Shown here: positions 60,016 to 64,000 of the stretch, in pieces | How the letters are laid out: the number at the start of each line of letters is the position of its first letter | How positions within the stretch are numbered: the first letter of the stretch is position 1 | Source of the DNA: a virus | Lineage: Duplodnaviria; Caudoviricetes | DNA: 64,000 bases | Strand: one strand, 5' to 3' | IMG/VR virus record: IMGVR_UViG_2791354790_000006 | Span: 14,941 to 78,940 of that record | Translations under genes and position numbers: made by a program | Notes under the pieces: generated by a model | The model's input: the letters and a program-made list of their open reading frames with translations, nothing else | What the model was told of the DNA's origin: nothing | Database searches by the model: none

Positions 60016-61131
60016 ATGATGGAAAACATGAATATCGTAACTGCAGAGCAACAGGCTCCGAACACTATTTCCGCCAGCAACGCCATTTTTAATGTTCAAG
60101 CATTAACGCAGCTTCAGTCGGTGGCGGGCCTGATGGCACAGGCTGCCGTCACGGTTCCCGAGCATCTTCGCGGGAATCCTGCCGACTGCATGGCAATCAT
60201 CATGCAGGCCATGCAATGGGGCATGAACCCTTACGCAGTGGCGCAGAAAACGCACCTGGTCAACGGTGTGCTGGGCTATGAAGCGCAGTTGGTAAACGCG
60301 GTGATCTCCAGCTCTAACGCCATCGTTGGCCGCTTTCACTATGAGTACGAAGGCGACTGGTCGAAATGCGCCAGCAGCCGCGAAGAGATCGTGAAGAAGC
60401 CTGCAAAAGGCGGTGGAACTTACGACAAGAAAGAAATGGTACGGGGCTGGAACAGCGCCGACGAGCAAGGCCTGTCGGTTCGTGTGGGTGCCGTCATTCG
60501 CGGCGAAAGTGAGATTACCTGGGGCGAACCGGTATTCCTCTCCAGCGTGATTACACGTAACTCTCCACTGTGGATTTCGAACCCGAAACAGCAGATCGCA
60601 TATCTGGCCCTTAAATACTGGGCGCGACTGTACTGCCCTGCGGTCGTTCTCGGCGTTTATACCCCGGATGAAGTCGAGCAGCGCACAGAGAAGGAGATTA
60701 ACCCGGCGCCGCAACGCGTTAGCCTGGCGGATATCGCAGGTGACACCGTCACAACTACGCAAAGCGCACACGAATCGTCGGTAAATATCGACGCTCTTGC
60801 CGATGATTTCCGCGAGCGCATCGAGGCAGCACAGGATGTTGATAGCGCCAAAGCACTGCGTGCTGATATCGAAAGCGCGAAGGCCACGCTCGGATCTGCC
60901 CTGTTCACCGAGCTGAAGAATAAGGCAGTGAAGCGCTACTACCTGGTTGATTCACGTAACAAGGTTGAAGCCGCGATAAACTCCCTGCCGTCTCCGGATG
61001 AACCGGATGCAGCTGAACGGTTTGGGGAAGTTGAGCGAGTTCTTGCAACGGCGAAACGTCATCTGGGCGACGAACTGCACGATCAGTTCAGCATCACCTT
61101 GGCGGATATGAAACCGGAATACGTGGCCTAA
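60016..61131 (+). CDS. recT: RecT-family annealase
   Basis: VPEHLRGNPADC, QWGMNPYAVAQKT. Confidence 0.88.
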   Translation: MMENMNIVTAEQQAPNTISASNAIFNVQALTQLQSVAGLMAQAAVTVPEHLRGNPADCMAIIMQAMQWGMNPYAVAQKTHLVNGVLGYEAQLVNAVISSSNAIVGRFHYEYEGDWSKCASSREEIVKKPAKGGGTYDKKEMVRGWNSADEQGLSVRVGAVIRGESEITWGEPVFLSSVITRNSPLWISNPKQQIAYLALKYWARLYCPAVVLGVYTPDEVEQRTEKEINPAPQRVSLADIAGDTVTTTQSAHESSVNIDALADDFRERIEAAQDVDSAKALRADIESAKATLGSALFTELKNKAVKRYYLVDSRNKVEAAINSLPSPDEPDAAERFGEVERVLATAKRHLGDELHDQFSITLADMKPEYVA

Positions 61132-61165
61132 GGGAGGCGGGAGGGCGAACCCTCCCGGTAACGAG

Positions 61166-61510
61166 ATGAGTAAATCTTTAAACGCACGCTGCATCCGCCG
61201 CTGGGAAATTGAGTTCAAAGGACGTTGCGATTCGAAAGTAAGTCCTTGGTGGCGCAAACACCACCTTCGCGGTTACATCCGGGAATACGCCCTGACAACT
61301 GCCGACTGCATGGTTGAGCGTATGGCTGAGGACAACGCTCTGGTTGATTTTCAAGGTAATGGTCGCGGCTGGTCACCGGAGTTCTCTGCCTGGTACCACG
61401 AACGCCGAGAACAGTATCTTAAAGAGGCGCGCGACTATCTAAACGAAGACGCCACCAATGACGAGATCGACGAGGAAATCCAGAACGAGCTGGAGGCCTG
61501 GAATGACTGA
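61166..61510 (+). CDS. Hypothetical phage protein
   Basis: Operonic; IDEEIQNELEAWND end. Confidence 0.7.
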   Translation: MSKSLNARCIRRWEIEFKGRCDSKVSPWWRKHHLRGYIREYALTTADCMVERMAEDNALVDFQGNGRGWSPEFSAWYHERREQYLKEARDYLNEDATNDEIDEEIQNELEAWND

Positions 61511-61706
61511 GCTAAATTATAACCCGGCAGACCCCGATAAAATGCAACTCCCGAAGGGTAAGACCTGCGGCGACTGCGCCCATATCCGGCGCTGTAAGGC
61601 AATTTTCGGGCATACCGAAACCGATGCATATTGCGACTGGTCGCCATCCCGAGCGGTTTTCCGTCAACCATCCAACCCAGAAGGCGGTGACCATGCGACT
61701 AATTAA
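61503..61706 (+). CDS. Small Cys-rich protein
   Basis: CGDCAH..RC...CDW; GGAGG RBS. Confidence 0.65.
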   Translation: MTELNYNPADPDKMQLPKGKTCGDCAHIRRCKAIFGHTETDAYCDWSPSRAVFRQPSNPEGGDHATN

Positions 61707-61935
61707 CCGCGGAAATCAGCAATCCCCATTAGCACGCCAGGCATGCGACATCGCACTGGCTACCCACCAGCAACGCTACGGCGACTACGGGCGTAGCAAG
61801 ATGAAAGAGACGTACACGGTGAGAGTTGAAGGCGTGAAGGTCTGGGTAGAAGTAGTGAACCGCAAGGCCAGCTACGTGGCCACGGCGATGACAGGTATGC
61901 GCCGGCTGCGCGCACTGCCGGGTCAGGTTTCTTGA
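61693..61935 (+). CDS. DUF4060-like protein
   Basis: VEVVNRKASYVATAM...RRLR. Confidence 0.7.
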   Translation: MRLINRGNQQSPLARQACDIALATHQQRYGDYGRSKMKETYTVRVEGVKVWVEVVNRKASYVATAMTGMRRLRALPGQVS

Positions 61936-61998
61936 TAACGATATTTCATTAACAGTTTTCCGGCAGCTCTATAATGAGTTGCCGGATCCGGAGGTAGT

Positions 61999-62271
61999 AT
62001 GGCCAAGCTTCTTAATCTGCAGGAATGGGCGAATTCGACTTATTCAACCCCGCCGTCTCTTTCAACACTTCGCCGCTGGGCGCGGGAGGGGCGCATTTAC
62101 CCTGCTCCGGAACTTCACGGAAAAGAATATAAGGTTCAGCCTGACGCCATCTATGTGGATCCGAGCAAAAAGAACCTTCGTCCCAAATCAAAACGCTTAG
62201 CGCTGCCAACTGGCGGCACTCTACTGGAGAGACTGACTCATGGCGAAAAGGCCAGTACGTTACGACGCTAA
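61999..62271 (+). CDS. xis: Excisionase
   Basis: PSLSTLRRWAREGRIYPAP..HG..Y.V. Confidence 0.92.
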   Translation: MAKLLNLQEWANSTYSTPPSLSTLRRWAREGRIYPAPELHGKEYKVQPDAIYVDPSKKNLRPKSKRLALPTGGTLLERLTHGEKASTLRR

Positions 62272-63325
62272 CCTGCCCCGTAACCTGACCTATCGTAAAA
62301 GAGACAGGCTTTATAGCTGGCGAAACCCGATTACCGGTCAAGAATTATCTCTTGGCCGGATCGACAGAAAGGACGCCATTTCTCAGGCCATCGAGGCCAA
62401 CAACTACATCGACCAAAATTACCTTCCGTCAGCGCTGCTTGACCGCATAAAGGAAACACCAACGTTTACGGTTAAAGCGTGGCTCGAGCGCTACGAAGTA
62501 ATTCTTGAGCGAAGAGAATTGAAGCCCAACACGATGAAGGTCAGGCGCAATCAGATCGCCACTATCAGTGATGAATTCGGACGTATGCCGCTATCGTCGG
62601 TCAGCACGAAGGATGTATCTACTTTCCTGGAGAGTTACATACTCTGCGATAAGAAGAGTATGGCCTCAGGCCTGCGTTCGGTATTGTTGGATATTTTCAG
62701 GGAGGCGATCGTCGAGGGACATATTGAAAGGAACCCGGCAGAGCCGACAAGAACGCCGACGCCAAAAGTTAAGCGTGAGCGTCTTTTACTCGAGCAGTTT
62801 GAGATAATAAGGGATGCCGCAACCGCTCATTCTGGATGGGCTGCAAATGCATGTGACCTGGCGCTGGTCACCGGGCAGAGAAGAGAGGACGTATCGTTGT
62901 TCAGATTCAGCGATATCAGGGATGGAAGGTTGTTTGTGACGCAGGAAAAGACAGGTCACAAATTGGCGTTGCCACTTGATTTGCGACTGGACTCTGCTGA
63001 TTTGGTGCTGCAGGATATTATCGACCGTTGTCGTAAAAACAACCCGTCAGACTTCATGCTTTATTCTGCGGTAAGGCGTGGCGGCAGGAAGCCAGGTCCG
63101 TTAACCCCGGACGGAATCACCCAAGCATTTTCTGATATCAGGGATTCCACAGAGTTAAAGTTTGGCCCCAACCCTCCCCCGTTCCATGAGATCAGGAGCT
63201 TGGCGAGCAGACTCTATGAAAGAGAGCGCGGAGAGGATTTCGCACAGAGACTGCTGGGGCATAAAAATTTAACAATGACCAAAAAATACCTGGACGCACG
63301 CGGTGCAGAATATGTTATGGTTTAG
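62240..63325 (+). CDS. int: Lambda-type tyrosine integrase
   Basis: TGQR, FHEIRSL, LLGH, KKY catalytic motifs. Confidence 0.95.
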   Translation: MAKRPVRYDANLPRNLTYRKRDRLYSWRNPITGQELSLGRIDRKDAISQAIEANNYIDQNYLPSALLDRIKETPTFTVKAWLERYEVILERRELKPNTMKVRRNQIATISDEFGRMPLSSVSTKDVSTFLESYILCDKKSMASGLRSVLLDIFREAIVEGHIERNPAEPTRTPTPKVKRERLLLEQFEIIRDAATAHSGWAANACDLALVTGQRREDVSLFRFSDIRDGRLFVTQEKTGHKLALPLDLRLDSADLVLQDIIDRCRKNNPSDFMLYSAVRRGGRKPGPLTPDGITQAFSDIRDSTELKFGPNPPPFHEIRSLASRLYERERGEDFAQRLLGHKNLTMTKKYLDARGAEYVMV

Positions 63326-63339
63326 ACAGGATATGGAAA

Positions 63340-63430
63340 TTTCGAGTAATTTTCGTGGGATTTCGTGATAGCACCGAAAAAACCTTACGAAAACAAGCAC
63401 ATAAAAAGAGACCGAATACGATTCCTGTAT
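63340..63430. other. Prophage right attachment region
   Basis: TTTCG arm-type repeats at 63340, 63351, 63361 followed by the sdsR terminator; exact core needs the other junction. Confidence 0.6.
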
Positions 63431-63505
63431 TCGGTCCAGGGAAATGGCTCTTGGGAGAGAGCCGTGCGCTAAAAGTTGGCATTAATGCAGGCTAAGTTAC
63501 CCTGC
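63401..63505 (-). ncRNA. sdsR: SdsR (RyeB) small RNA
   Basis: GCCTGCATTAATGCCAACTTTTAGCGCACGGCTCTCTCCCAAGAGCC... recognised; terminator; CTATTCT sigmaS-type -10. Confidence 0.92.
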
Positions 63506-63661
63506 CATTTAAGAATAGATGACAGCGCCAGGTTTTCCAGTCCGCGACTAAAGTGGCCGGAAAAAAAGGACGTTTGTTACGCATCCAAACGCAAAAACCG
63601 CAAGTTCTCCTGCGAGATCCTTGCGGTTTTTTATTGGAAATCAGAGCGCTACATCTGACAA

Positions 63662-64000
63662 TTAGCAGAGCTTTTCTGCACGCTCTACAAACGGTGCCAG
63701 GCTCATTTTTTCGCCCGGTTTCGCAGGATCATCGATCTGGATAATCTCGATCGGCTTTGCCGTGGTTTTTCCGCTCTCTACCTGCTGTCTGGCGACATCA
63801 TTCAACGGGTATTGCACCAGCGTACTGGGATTGATGACATACAGCGCGTTACCTGGACGGCAGGTCAGCATCACCTCTTCCCGATTAAACGCCCACTTAT
63901 CTTTGCCAACCTCAAAACGGCTGACGGTAATGACCTGCGGCGCAGCCAGCGCGGCTCCGGAGCTTGCCAGGAGTAATAAAGAGATAATGATTTTTTTCAT
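63662..64000 (-). CDS. yebY: YebY periplasmic protein
   Basis: [20 protein letters not shown]; known neighbour of ryeA/ryeB. Confidence 0.92.
   Translation of the reverse strand: MKKIIISLLLLASSGAALAAPQVITVSRFEVGKDKWAFNREEVMLTCRPGNALYVINPSTLVQYPLNDVARQQVESGKTTAKPIEIIQIDDPAKPGEKMSLAPFVERAEKLC

Overview
Enterobacterial chromosome (sdsR-yebY locus, probably Enterobacter-like) with two nested prophages. (1) An apparently complete Mu-like transposable prophage, 179-32482 (TG...CA ends, ACCAT 5-bp target duplication), with c/ner/A/B, gam, gemA, a Mor-family activator, lysis, head and contractile-tail genes, and an invertible tail-fibre segment whose invertase begins with ATA. It has transposed into a head-completion gene of (2) a lambdoid prophage integrated at the 3' end of the SdsR (RyeB) sRNA gene. 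The window shows that phage's head, terminase, lysis, Q, nin, replication, immunity, recET, xis and int modules; its tail genes lie left of the window. The best candidate for an undescribed system is an AT-rich three-gene cassette at 45898-49377 (TIGR04255-like protein, HTH protein with a long N-terminal tail, putative toxin). It replaced a DNA cytosine methyltransferase gene and is split by an IS5-family element exactly at the stop codon of gene 2. Other defence or exclusion candidates are an HsdR-N nuclease in the rexAB slot, convergent overlapping gene pairs in the early operons of both phages, and two morons. All family assignments come from recognising motifs and synteny; no database search was run.
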